Origin: Phoronis australis
Lineage: Eukaryota > Animalia > Phoronida
Direction: 5' to 3'
Assembly (NCBI GenBank): GCA_002633005.1
Contig: NMRA01000005.1
Location: forward strand, 1,603,048-1,667,047
DNA length: 64,000 bases
Shown here: in pieces, positions 28,501 through 40,051 of the stretch
Numbering within the stretch: the stretch's first letter is position 1
Layout: each line of letters begins with the position of its first letter
Made by a program: the position numbers and the translations under genes
Notes under the pieces: generated by a model
Databases searched by the model: none
What the model saw: only the letters and a program-made list of their open reading frames with translations
What the model was told of the DNA's origin: nothing

Positions 28501-31500
28501 ACGGTGTCGAAATATTGACACACCAGAATACATGTTGAATAAAAAGGTCAAAATTTTAGAGGAAAAATACACTTAATGACCCCATGGTTGCACCAAATGA
28601 CCTAAAGTTTTGGAATTAAAATTCAAGTGCATAAATCAAACACGTGTGTAAATCTGAAGTGTCTAGTTCAAAATTTAAGTTTGCACTCAATGACCTTTGA
28701 CCCATTTTATCTGATTGGATGGCCTGATTGCTTAGTTAACTAGTGTATGTATGCTTACACCTGTGTACTGAAATTGGAAAGAATTTCTTGAAAATATAAG
28801 ACCAATAACATTTTGAAAAATAGATGAGAATCACAGTTATCTAATTTCAAGTCTAGCTAAAAATCTTAGTTTGCACTCAATGACCTCCGACCTATTTAAT
28901 CTGATAGGATGACCTAATTACTTAAAAAGTTATCCACTTGATTGGCATGTAGACTTACACCAGTTCTGTACATTGAAAAGAATTCCTAGAAAAATGTAAG
29001 AGAAATAACATTTTGAAAATTAGATGACCTTTGCACCTATTGGCCACTCATGATGTATTATGGGTAAAAAATATATTTAATTTATAAAATTTATGGACGG
29101 CTCAAACATTCTTGGAAAGTTTAAAAATTGAAAGCTGAGTCGTTTGAGAGTTCTTAAGCTCTAGAAAAGGTCGGAAAGAAAAATAATAATAACAAAATGA
29201 TAAAAATCTGAGAATAACAAGAATCTGCACGTAACATCATGTTACTGTAATTACTGGGGAAAAGGATCTGTAAACACACTGTTATAAATTCAGAAGCCAA
29301 GATGGTCTCACTACAAGTGCCTCATGGGTGACTAGCACTTCAGATTCTCAATGTCACACCTGTAACTCACCTGGCCAACCCTACCAGACTGCTTCAGCAG
29401 CACCCCTCCACTTGACACACCAGCAGCCATGTTACCATGGCAATCAATACACACACAACCTACAGTATCAAGTAGTTCACTATCCTGTGAGCTCGCTTGT
29501 TGATCAGACACTGATGCATTAAGAAGCTTGAGTGCTTTCTTGTGAGACTTACGTGACGCACCTAGAGTGATAGCAATGATATAAAAGCAACACCAGTAAC
29601 AATAAAAGAGACTTCAATCCACTTTTGTTTCCAAGATTGCTGTGGCACAAATATGATGTGCTTGTTGAAGTAATCATAGTTCATTATTTTTTAATGTGAA
29701 GTTGGTAATATAGTGACATTTTCATTGTTCTGCAAAAGCGTAATGTCTGCCTGACGAGGAAAATTTACTCATCTACTGTTGGGATGTGTTTAATGCAACT
29801 CAAAACAGAGTACACATTCACACTCCAATTATTGGCCAACTAAATTTAATTCACGACAAATAATCTTAAATATTAAGGAAATCATATTGAAAATTGAATT
29901 TCTGATTACAACATAGAACAGGTACAAGACCCAAACTTAGTGATTTAGCACCAACCTGTCACCATGCTTGAGTCAGCACAACAGTTGAAGCCTTGATCCT
30001 GTGCAAACCATAGTGCTCCTTGTCCAACAACTAAACTGAAATTTGAAAATAACACCACATTCATTTCTTTGAAGTTACAGTCTTAGTCAGTGCAAAAACA
30101 TTTAAAAAAGAAAACCACTTTCGAGAGAAAATGGTAATTAGAAGCAATTAAATCAGCCCCGTTTCCTTTAATTTGCAATCTTGTAATAACTACCATTGCA
30201 ATTGCACAAAGTCAATAAAAAGTGAGAGGAGTCCACTCATCAAAAGCAAGGAAGCCAGAAAATCAGACATTTAGCCTCAAATCTTAAGCAAAAATCAGTG
30301 AATCGTTGATGCAAACTGCTATATAAGAAACATGATCACAAAAATCATTGAATCCTTGACTTAAACTGCTATATTACGCACATGAACACAAAAATCATGC
30401 ATACAAACAGAAAGTCATTCCCATGAACATAAATCATCAGCACACTAAGGTTTTGTGTGGATGATTCATAATTCTTCACTTATTTCCCACAGAAATTATT
30501 GCCACGATTGCAATTTAAATTCATACTTTTGCTAAGACTGGTTGCTTTGCTGCAAACTTTGGGACACTTTACCAACTGTTGTTTTATAACACCTCCACAC
30601 TACAAACCAAGATAACAATAGACCAAAATCACTGTGCGAGTAATATTAGTTGCAAAATTGACAAAACAAAATTTTACTTGTCGGCCATATTGCGTGCTGA
30701 ATAAGTGAATAATTACTGTCAATTTGTGCATGAAAATATTTGCTGTTCTGATGAGTGATGAATGATTTTTCCACACATGGTGTTGCTATGTGTATGTATG
30801 ACTTAACAGTGACGTGAATGATTCAGTGGTGTCTACAGATGACTCAAGGTTTGTGTGCATAATTGCCTGGTACCCTTGAAACTAAGATGTCCAGTGTGTT
30901 GTCTAGTAACACAGTAATTCTTTACTTACTTAGCACACAATATGGCTGACAAATGCTATAATTCAATTTTGTAAAATTCAAAATATTTATTTTATGCTTT
31001 TTGTCTCCGTGATAGCTTTTTACACTCTTGAATATGTTACATGTTGTTCTTTTGTACAGTGGGCCTATGGCCTTTATTACAGAAATAAGTTGAATTTCAC
31101 CAAAAAAGTAACAAATAAATACATAATGGTCTGTTACAAGGAAGGACTGTAGTGTGCAGATGTCATAAATCAACGTTTGTTGAAATTATCAGTAATTGCA
31201 AAAAGTTTACCATCTTGCCAATAATTATTGTTGTGTAAAATAAGTGGATGATTTGCATATCTTCCCTATTCGTACACACCATGGTGGCACTCGTCCTATT
31301 CTGTTGTCTTTCTGTTGTTGCTTGTGCAAGACTGCCTTGGCCACCTCCACCGGGTTCTGTATGTTGGACAAGGCTCCCACACCTGCCCACAGCAAGTTGC
31401 ACCCATCCATCAGGCTGGCATCACACTCTACATGGCCCCCTAGTGTTAGATTTGACCCTCTTCCAGCATTAGTCAACGGAGAGTCCTGAAATGGCAGGAA

Positions 31501-34500
31501 CGGCAAATTTAACAAGACAAACACCAACAATTATTACAAACTCTAAAGCGAACATTAAACACTCAGGTGTTAACAAGTTACCTCTGGGAACAAAGTGTGG
31601 GGTGAGAGAATCAATACAGATCGCCATACATGGCTCCAGCAATGGTGGGAGGTTCTAATTTCTAAGGATCTACCACCAATCGCTGGGCCCCCAGCAACCA
31701 AGCAGATGATTGGGAAGTGCACCTCTTACACCACCTAGTGTCAACGAACAGATTGGGGGTCATCATCGAAAGGTTCTCTATCAATGTTCCCTTAGATTTT
31801 AGCTGTGAGTATGGTTTAAACTTTGTTCCTATGTCGTTAGCACACCAGCTTAGCTTTCATAGTCATAAATTACCTCTAGTATCTTTACAGCATTGGCTAC
31901 TCCGTCCACTGCAGACAAACCTTCTCTCAGTTGCTTCATTACCTAGACATAATAAAAAAAAATGTGTCACAATAAAAATGACAAATCCTAGTTTGCAATG
32001 AGTGGAACAGAAACCCTTGACACAAACATTAGGATGATATTGAAATTGTCAAGCAAATATGAATAAAGAATCTGTAAACTCAAAGATATTGTTACTGTTT
32101 ATACTGCTTTGGTGGAAATTATAATTATCTCATTGCCTGAAACACTATGGCTCATACATGAGTTTATTCCCAAACAACAGATAAGCTCGTAGATGTATGG
32201 AAAAACTCTCCAACTTGGGGCAGTCTCTAGAATTTGGGACACGGAAACTCCCTAATAAAATTAATTTTATACATTCTATAATTTAGGACAAGGGCAATTT
32301 TGGCATTCACCATATTCCTAAAATTTCTACGACGTGTTTTCGATCTACAGAGCTGGTAACTTTGGCCGTCTTTCAGGTGATTCTTGAATTTAGGACAGCC
32401 AATATTGGCTATTTCCAGAATTTGAGGCAAGCTCCAACCTTGAACAAAATAATTTATTTTTCAATGTCGCAAATTTGAGAATTATTACCATAATTGTTCC
32501 TTTTACAGATTAAGAACTATTCCTCACAAGCAACAGTCACTGTTCTACTTCCATTGTTAAGTGAGTGGGTAAACTTTTAGCAACCTCTACTAACTGCATT
32601 TACCTGTTTACAAGCCCGTTTACACAATAACTTGTATTGAGGTTCTCGTGATGGTGAATGGAAACCAGCACCTATAAAACAATCAAATTTATAACATGTG
32701 AGATCATGTTGTCACTTAGAATGTTTTGAACACGATCGCATACATGCAATGAATTTGACTAACTTCACACCCTGGTAATGAAATGACTGGCTCACACACA
32801 TTTGCTACCCCTATGGTTCCAAAGAAACTTTTGATGAAAAATGCTGTTGTTCTAAAAAATCAAGACTAAATTTTTAAATTTTCTAACCTTGTCATAATCC
32901 TGTGTAATATCCAGCACAGGTAGACACGCACGCACGTACACACACACACAACTAATACAGTTTCACGATTATCGGAAACAGTGAATAACAACCGACTTTA
33001 AACCAGAAGCAATTATAACTTGCCACAGTTTTTTCACCAAGAACATTACCAACACATTTATTTTAAAATATGTTTTTGTCTCTTTTGGTTAAGTCTGATG
33101 AATATGAAATTTAATTAGAACTTGCCACCCACCAATAGCTCAAAGCCTATTGTATTAGGTCATCATTAAATGCAAGATGACGCTTTAGGAGTCATTTTTT
33201 TCCAATTTTCAATTTGCGAAGCCATTAAGCTCCATATTCTTTTGGTCTGTACCATTATGAAATTGGGTATATGGATGGATCTCTTCAAAAGCTATAGAAA
33301 AGTGTTGACTTATTGGTGAAATTATAATAACCTAGTATGATACGCGTCACATGATTAGCAATAGGAAATGATGGAATATCCTGTTACTCAGACTGTGTCA
33401 TGTTTTCTAGTGTGACGGGAGCGCCGTCTATTGATGGAGTCGTGAGTAATGACGAGTCGTCAGTTGAGTTACAGAAGCTAGAGTGCGCTATTATATTCTA
33501 AAGGGGTGTAACATGGTCAATTCCTTATTTGGTACTCCGATGACGAAATTTTTAGTTGCATTTTGATTGGTTTTTACGTTTACATTTAAACTTGAGACCC
33601 CTATTTTAGCGTAATTTGGAACATTCGCGGTGCGAATATGCCTATAAAAATGGGCCCCTCACGCTAAAACTTTGGATTCTGCCGGGTTTCGACTCTATCC
33701 GCAACCAAGCAAACTAACTGTTTGGGCCTTTTGAATTTGGACTTTAACGTTTTGTTTGTAAATTCTTTGAATTATAAGTCAAAGCTGCGATGTCGACAGA
33801 AGTTAGCGATGAGTTGTAAGTTTGTAGATTTGTATTTCATATTTATAGTGCTTAATAAACTGAGTATATTTATCTTCTTCTCTCTTGTTTCACTCTCTAG
33901 AAGTTGTCACCATGGTTCTCTCGTATGCGATTCGAACGAGTGAAAAAGTACACAACGCTGCATATATTTTTGTCGGCTACGAACAGTCTACATTTTAGAT
34001 CAGTGCTGGTCGCTCCACCGATTCCCGTTACACTAGGAACACTTTTTTTACTGTCACATCATCTTATTCGGTCATGGTTATTAGCTTCCTGTATCACCCA
34101 TCTACTGCATAGTTCAACATTTCTGCTTTGTTCAGTCCCATGCAAGTATTTGACACAAGATATTCTTGATATGTTATCTGAATATTACAGAAATGACCGC
34201 AATTTTCACCCAGAACGATTACTAAGTATTAGCTAGACATTTTTTTGACATTCACAAGTCTTTCTCAGTGTCATAATGAGCGGCTGATTAAAGCAGTCTG
34301 TGCCGTGGTAAATGTCTTGCCTGGCTTAAGATAGACAGTGATCATCATCTCTAGCTGGCCCAGTAGAGATGGAAGCTAATTTTCAGTGAATTATGCCTCA
34401 CACTGACTAAAGCATCAAAGCCACATTGTTTTAATACCTTTTGCACATAGGGGTACACTTTAGGAGGTTGTCGATGTATTCAACCCCTTCCAACTCGAAG

Positions 34501-35017
34501 CAATCCGTCGTTCAGTTCCCCAAATCGGTAACTCGCCATTTTTAACACCGCGCGCGACAGGTGGTATTACGTCATATACCTTGGTGTGCGCAGTGTAAAA
34601 ATAGCGAGTTACGGATTTTAGGAACTGAACGAGGGACTGCTCGAAAAAATGTTTGATAACGGGAGTATTTATTCGATTTGGAAGGAATTAAATACATCGA
34701 GGACCTCCTAGGTGTCACTCTATGCGCAAAGGTATTTTTAACGTGATTGATGTTTTAGTCAGTGTGAGACATAATTCGCCGAAAAGCTTCCAGCATATGA
34801 GGCTCCTATAGGAGCTCCACCATCTCTACTGGGCCAGCTTAAGAGATGGCGATCACTGTCTAAGCTTCAGAGCCGAGTTTAGGCTTGGGTTGAGACAAAA
34901 TTGACAGACAAGTCACAAATGCAAAATGGAACTCAAACTCAAATTCAAAGTCAAACCGATGAAGTAAATACCTGAATGGACTGCTATGAATGCCAGGAAT
35001 TTGTTAGAGTCGTTCAT
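25512..35017 (-). CDS. TASP1: Threonine aspartase 1 (taspase-1, type-2 asparaginase/Ntn-hydrolase family), ~369 aa, 9 exons
   Basis: Exons 35017-34972, 32671-32604, 31942-31874, 31485-31280, 30035-29956, 29561-29371, 27595-27406, 26484-26336, 25622-25512, phases consistent. Motifs IAVHSGAG, LEDSPLTNAGRGSNL, ECDASLMDG, autocleavage site LD/TVG, AAGVSSGG..LK..GRVGQA, STSGCGEH, WGHSTQSMCIGY. AATAAA on - strand at 25461-25466. Confidence 0.95.
28540..29250. repeat. Interspersed repeat with internal ~190-bp direct duplication (TGACCTTTGACC-type element)
   Basis: GTTTGCACTCAATGACCTYYGACC..TTT.ATCTGAT.GGATG at ~28680 and ~28869. AATAACATTTTGAAAA.TAGATGA occurs twice. Confidence 0.6.
34334..34860. 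mobile_element. Foldback/palindromic MITE, ~530 bp, TA-flanked, in TASP1 intron 1
   Basis: The arms pair along most of their length: GACAGTGATC/GATCACTGTC, AGCTGGCCCAGTAGAGATGG/CCATCTCTACTGGGCCAGCT, CTCACACTGACTAAA/TTTAGTCAGTGTGAG, CGTTCAGTTCC/GGAACTGAACG. Centre near 34570. Confidence 0.85.
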
Positions 35018-35460
35018 TTCCTCCAAAGTATTTTTCGATCACCAGCGGGTTGCAGTTGGACACGGAACCTTTGGGTAAATAAGCAGAATAAGTAGACAGG
35101 TGCAGTCAGAAATGTGCTTGGCCCAGTTTCTTGAGAGCGCCATCTAACGACAAGTTACTTCAACTCCCCACAACAATGTCAAAAGCAATAGCGACTGGAG
35201 AAAAATACAAGTTTTTGCTGAAAATTACTCCCATCGTAATAGTAATTGTCCAGCATTANTGGCAAACAATAAAAAATAAGGACGATTGATACAATGATAA
35301 ATTACGATGTAAACTCTTCAAATATGACATAAGCAATGAATGTGTAAAGCAGCCGATACCCCGCCGTTCACGTCACTGACACATCAGCCAATCAGCGATC
35401 GCTTTCAGAATTCAGTGTTTTGACCATGAATTCGAATTGGCTTTAGTTTGGCACGCAAGT
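35018..35460. promoter_or_regulatory. Putative bidirectional promoter between TASP1 (-) and the SDHAF1/TAMM41 unit (+)
   Basis: Divergent genes under 1 kb apart. CCAAT box AGCCAATCAG ~35387-35396, CRE-like CACGTCA ~35369-35375, CTCF-like AGCGCCATCTAACG ~35136-35149. An N at 35259 makes the spacing uncertain. Confidence 0.5.
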
Positions 35461-35591
35461 CAGGCAAATGGGAGTTTTATTTGTATGTTAGAACCGATTA
35501 CATGCAACATTATTTTGACTACAGTCCCCTTTTAATCTCTCTTGTATTTTTGACCCTTTCAGTTCTCTCCTACTGAAAAGCAGGGTAGGTT

Positions 35592-35678
35592 CACAGGCGT
35601 CCTCAGCTTCTGATCGTCCCCAATACACTACATATAGTATTATGTACTGGGGACGATCAGAAGCTGAGGACGCCTGTG
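35592..35678. mobile_element. 87-bp hAT-type MITE with perfect 31-bp TIRs and 8-bp TSD GGTAGGTT
   Basis: CACAGGCGTCCTCAGCTTCTGATCGTCCCCA (35592-35622) and its exact reverse complement (35648-35678). GGTAGGTT at 35584-35591 and 35679-35686. Confidence 0.9.
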
Positions 35679-35844
35679 GGTAGGTTAAGAAAAAAGGGGC
35701 AAAAATACAAAATCGGCACTTTTCATCCGAACACCACCACTTTCCTGGCAATGCACGACATATACCAATATAACAATCTGAATGAAAATTTTTTTAAGCT
35801 TTTGTAACTACTGCTCCCTCTGTTGTAGGTGATCTAAACCAGTG

Positions 35845-36099
35845 ATGTCACTGCGCAGTCCCATTCAGAAAGAAGTACTGAAGCTGTACAGGCACTTACT
35901 GCGAGCTACTTGGGACAAGCCAAGTCTGAACCGTCTGGTCAGAGACAAATACCGGGAAAACGCTACCATACCCAGGAAAGACACATTCACCATAGACTTC
36001 TTGTTACGACAAGGACAGAAGCAGCTGCAGACACTTAAAGGAAAGGGAGTTCAGACGGGAGGGAGATTTTCTGTCAGAAATTCAAAACCTGATTCTTAA
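35845..36099 (+). CDS. SDHAF1: Succinate dehydrogenase assembly factor 1 (LYR-motif protein), 84 aa, intronless CDS
   Basis: MSLRSPIQKEVLKLYRHLLRA...VRDKYRENATIPRKDTFTIDFLLRQGQKQLQTL matches the SDHAF1 pattern (LQ.QVL.LYR.LLR, .PR.D...IE.L.R.G.RQL). Splice acceptor tgttgtag ends at 35828, 16 nt before the ATG. Confidence 0.88.
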   Translation: MSLRSPIQKEVLKLYRHLLRATWDKPSLNRLVRDKYRENATIPRKDTFTIDFLLRQGQKQLQTLKGKGVQTGGRFSVRNSKPDS

Positions 36100-36129
36100 A
36101 TTCTGAGAAGGCTCAGAAAAAGTGTAAAA

Positions 36130-37113
36130 ATGAGCGTGATTAAGTCGATTTATAGTCGGATTCTGTCGCACTTTCCTGGTGAGATGGAGATGGTGTTTGC
36201 CTATGGTTCAGGAGCATTTCAGCAAACGAGTTTGATTGACAAGTCGAATAACATGCTAGATTTTATTATATCTGTCAACAATTCGACTTTATGGCATCAG
36301 GAAAACATCAAGCGTAACAAGGATCATTACTCATTCTTGAAGAAGCTGGGTCCCAAAACTGTGGCTAAGATACAAGATAAATATGGTGCCAACATTTACT
36401 TCAACACTATGGTTCCTTGTGAAGGCCGTATGATCAAATACGGCGTAATCAGTACCGATCGCTTAGTTAATGATCTCCTCGATTGGGACACACTATACGT
36501 GAGTGGTCGTTTACACAAGCCAGTCCACATGTTGGTGAAACCCAGCTGCAATGTGCTGCAGACTGCGATGAACATTAATAGGCAGAGTGCTGTGCATGCG
36601 GCATTGTTGTTGCTTCCCGACGTTTTCTCTGAAGAAGATTTGTTTATGAAAATTGCTGGTCTGTCGTATTCTGGAGATCTCAGAATGTCTATGGCTGAAG
36701 ATCAAAATAAGGTATCAAACATAGTGAAACCAAACGTCCGTTTTTTTCGCGAATTATACACAAATGAATTAGAACAACAAAGTGACCATTTATACTGGGA
36801 CAAGCATAAGGGGACATTTGAGCAACAGTTGTGCAGTGCTACACAACATTATCATCTGAACATGCTGCCTAAGGCTGTGCAGATTGGATTGGTTGCTTAC
36901 AGGAATATGGATGGCCGCACACGGGATACAGAAGAGGTGTTGAAGAGTATATCACAAGACACTCGCTGCGACGAGCTGATTACTATGTGCATCTCTGGTA
37001 TTGTGAAGAATTCGAGTTTAACTCAGACAGCTAAGGGTTTATTCACTGCTGGCATTGTTAAAAGTGTCAAATATGGGTGGAAAAAAGTTAAGAAGTGGTG
37101 GAAAAGCAGATAA
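36130..37113 (+). CDS. TAMM41: Mitochondrial phosphatidate cytidylyltransferase (CDP-DAG synthase Tam41/Mmp37), 327 aa, intronless
   Basis: ILSHFP, FAYGSG, MLDFI, HYSFLK.LG, IKYGVIS, DLLDWDTLYVSGRLHKPV, IAGLSYSGDLRM, QTAKGLFTAG motifs. Confidence 0.96.
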   Translation: MSVIKSIYSRILSHFPGEMEMVFAYGSGAFQQTSLIDKSNNMLDFIISVNNSTLWHQENIKRNKDHYSFLKKLGPKTVAKIQDKYGANIYFNTMVPCEGRMIKYGVISTDRLVNDLLDWDTLYVSGRLHKPVHMLVKPSCNVLQTAMNINRQSAVHAALLLLPDVFSEEDLFMKIAGLSYSGDLRMSMAEDQNKVSNIVKPNVRFFRELYTNELEQQSDHLYWDKHKGTFEQQLCSATQHYHLNMLPKAVQIGLVAYRNMDGRTRDTEEVLKSISQDTRCDELITMCISGIVKNSSLTQTAKGLFTAGIVKSVKYGWKKVKKWWKSR

Positions 37114-37817
37114 ACATTAAACTTAAGCTTAGCTTGCACCCTTATTATGTTTGCAGCAGCTTATCACTTTTCACTAAAAACTGATATCAAATGTGAATTT
37201 TTATAAAAAAGCATTGTCCCACGATTTCAGTTAATGTCAGGTGAATTTTTGTAAGGAATGAAAAGGGAATTGATGCACCATTTTTGGAGGTGAGTTTTTG
37301 TTTTTGAGAAAGTAACTAAAAATACCTCGCTTTTGCCTCGATTTTCAAAATGTCCCCAAACAAACACCAGATAAACTCATTTCCTCATTCTGATACTGTA
37401 AGAATTTTCTAAAATGAAGAACTACATTGCATGTCAAACATGACAATTGGCTTTTTTAGCAAAAATTAATGGATGCACATCCCAGAGTATAAGTTTGTAG
37501 GATATGAGTCCTCTAATCCAAAATTCTAAATTAAAATTAAAAAGTGTCACACAGGTGATTGTCTGTTTGGTCAATTGACTAATGATTTTGGATACATGCT
37601 AACTATTAACTTTCATATGTGATAAACTGAACTAAAATGAACTGATTTCTACTGACCGTATTTCTCTGGGTGACGTTTATACAAGTTGTTTTGCACTCAC
37701 CAGCGGCAAAGAATCAACACCTGAATAGTTTACAAAATTAATGCAAATTAATTTTGAAATTTAATAGAAATTGTACGGGACAGTTGCTGTCACCAATCAT
37801 CATACTCTTGTCAATCA

Positions 37818-37823
37818 AATAAA
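37818..37823 (+). terminator. Polyadenylation signal for the SDHAF1/TAMM41 transcript
   Basis: AATAAA about 700 nt after the TAMM41 stop, followed by a GT-rich tract (TATGTTTGAGTGATTGTGTTTGG). Confidence 0.55.
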
Positions 37824-39235
37824 CCTTGGCAGTAAAAAATTATTCTTTTATGTTTGAGTGATTGTGTTTGGTCTGCACGTTCAGAAACTAACCTGCTCAG
37901 GATTTCTTGGAGAATTAATCCCTGTCCAGCCCAAAAGAGTATACTCGCTTGAAAATCACGTGGCGAGTGCAAAGTTATTAAACTGGTATTTGAATGCTTT
38001 AACTTAGTTACTATGCGTCATCTCTGTCTGGACGTCTGGTGTCTGATGGTGCATTGATTTTTGCTTTATATGTTTGCCTCAGTCTGTATCTTTGGAGTTC
38101 CTTGATGGATTAGCATGTAGGTTTCTATTTGGGAGATGATGACCACTTTTCATTTTCAGACAGATTTGACATTTTCTGCCTCTCCTCGTTGCCATTTAAA
38201 AAAAATTTGAGTGCTTGTTTTTACTTTTGCCTCTCTATCCGCCAAAGTGCTCAAAAGATCATGAATATTGGCACATGTTCCTGACAAGAAGACTGTCACT
38301 GTGGCTGACTTATTTTCAGATGTGTTCTACTACTCTGGTGCACCTAGTGTTTAATTTCGTTTTTTGTGTCCATGGCTATAACCCTCTGTTTTTTGTCATT
38401 TGGACAATCTTAGTGACAGGAGTTGTGTGATTCGTATGTCGTTTAAGTAATTCGTTGCCTGGTAAGCACACAATATGACAGAAACATTATTAAAATAGCA
38501 TGTAGTCAAATTTCTCACAAAAATGAGTCTACCCATTTTGTAGTGCACAGCTTCCCTAAAACAAATTGCAAATATTCTGCAGTTACTCGTACCGGACTGT
38601 AGTACGCATATAAAAATGACAAGTTTGAAAACTATTTTTGTGCAAAATGACTAAAAGAATTACTTAAAGATCAAACTCTCCGTTTTGAAAAAAGTATTTG
38701 ATTTCGACCATTTACCTGTATAAAACTGGTGTAAACTTTTTCCACATTTTGATGAGATTTCTTGGCTTGAAAAGATCCAGCATTGAGCTCATGGTAGAGA
38801 CCACCTTCAGCACAATATTATGTCGAACACTGGCAAGTCAACTTATTCAGCCAGGATTCTTCCCAAGCTTTAAAAAAAATCTTCACTAACCAGAATGGAG
38901 AGCAGTTTTATAACAGCCTACCTGGGGTCTGTTTAAGTGACTAGAGACAAACATTTGGTCTTGCGCTCCTACTTCACAATTGCTGAAAATCAGTTTAGCC
39001 AAATAGTTATGATTGGATCTCAATCTAGAACTAATTCATTAAAATCATCTCAGTAACTCACAATTATGCGTGTATTCTTCTAGTCAGCAATTAAGCATGA
39101 CAAGTGATATTTAATTATTTTTCTGAAATAGCTGTGTGGAGCATAATGCCAAACTTTTGACCATTTTAATTGTTCTGCAGATAACCTGCAGTGTTGCTAA
39201 ACCGTGATCATAAAACAAGTAGTGTAATGTAACAA

Positions 39236-39241
39236 TTTATT
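39236..39241 (-). terminator. Candidate polyadenylation signal for TRIP11
   Basis: AATAAA on - strand about 810 nt downstream of the TRIP11 stop. Confidence 0.4.
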
Positions 39242-40051
39242 TTTAACTGTAACCACATTACAAATCAACTGAACTGGCATATTTTATCCACAATGCTTAA
39301 CAGTACAAAGTAATCTAGTGTCGGGAACAGATGAAGATAATCCATGACTGTTAGAGCACCCAGACACAGTAAATTTCTTTTGTTTTTTATAAAAAAAGAC
39401 ACCACAAGTGCAAGCACAAATCCCTTAGCACCCAAGAAAATTTAACGACCATTTATTTCCGAACACTTTCTTATCTACGGAATGTACAGTTCCCTTAAAG
39501 TTTGTACATGAAGATGATGACTGGCCGCTTGCAATGTATGACAACAGATGTCCATCTGGCTGAATCGTAGGTGGAGAAACATCACCGCTGCCATCTAGTA
39601 TAGTCGCTAAGACCATTCTTAAAGTAGATTTTGTTTGTCCTCACTCTATCCACATTCCTCACAGATAGAGAATGAGGTAAATCATTTCATTTCATGCAAT
39701 GCATACTGTAAGTTGTACGAGTGATATTGATATTAACATTCTTGCAAAAATCTCTTGCTTTGCAATTATTAGAAAATCAATTCTTTTTCCAGATTGTGAG
39801 TAAAATGTTATGAGACCCGCACATAACATACAGGCAATCACAGGAGGGGCAATCAACTTAATGTTAGATCAGACCAAGTAAACTACATTTTACTGGCAAC
39901 TTCTACAACCCGCCACGGAGTGAATTACTACTTAAACTTGAGGTCTGAGAACCATGCCTAAACCAGTAAAAACGATGATGGCAAGTAGAGAATCCGTCTA
40001 ATATTAACATGGCACAATACAAAACAGACAAAGAGCACTAATTTGGTGGGG

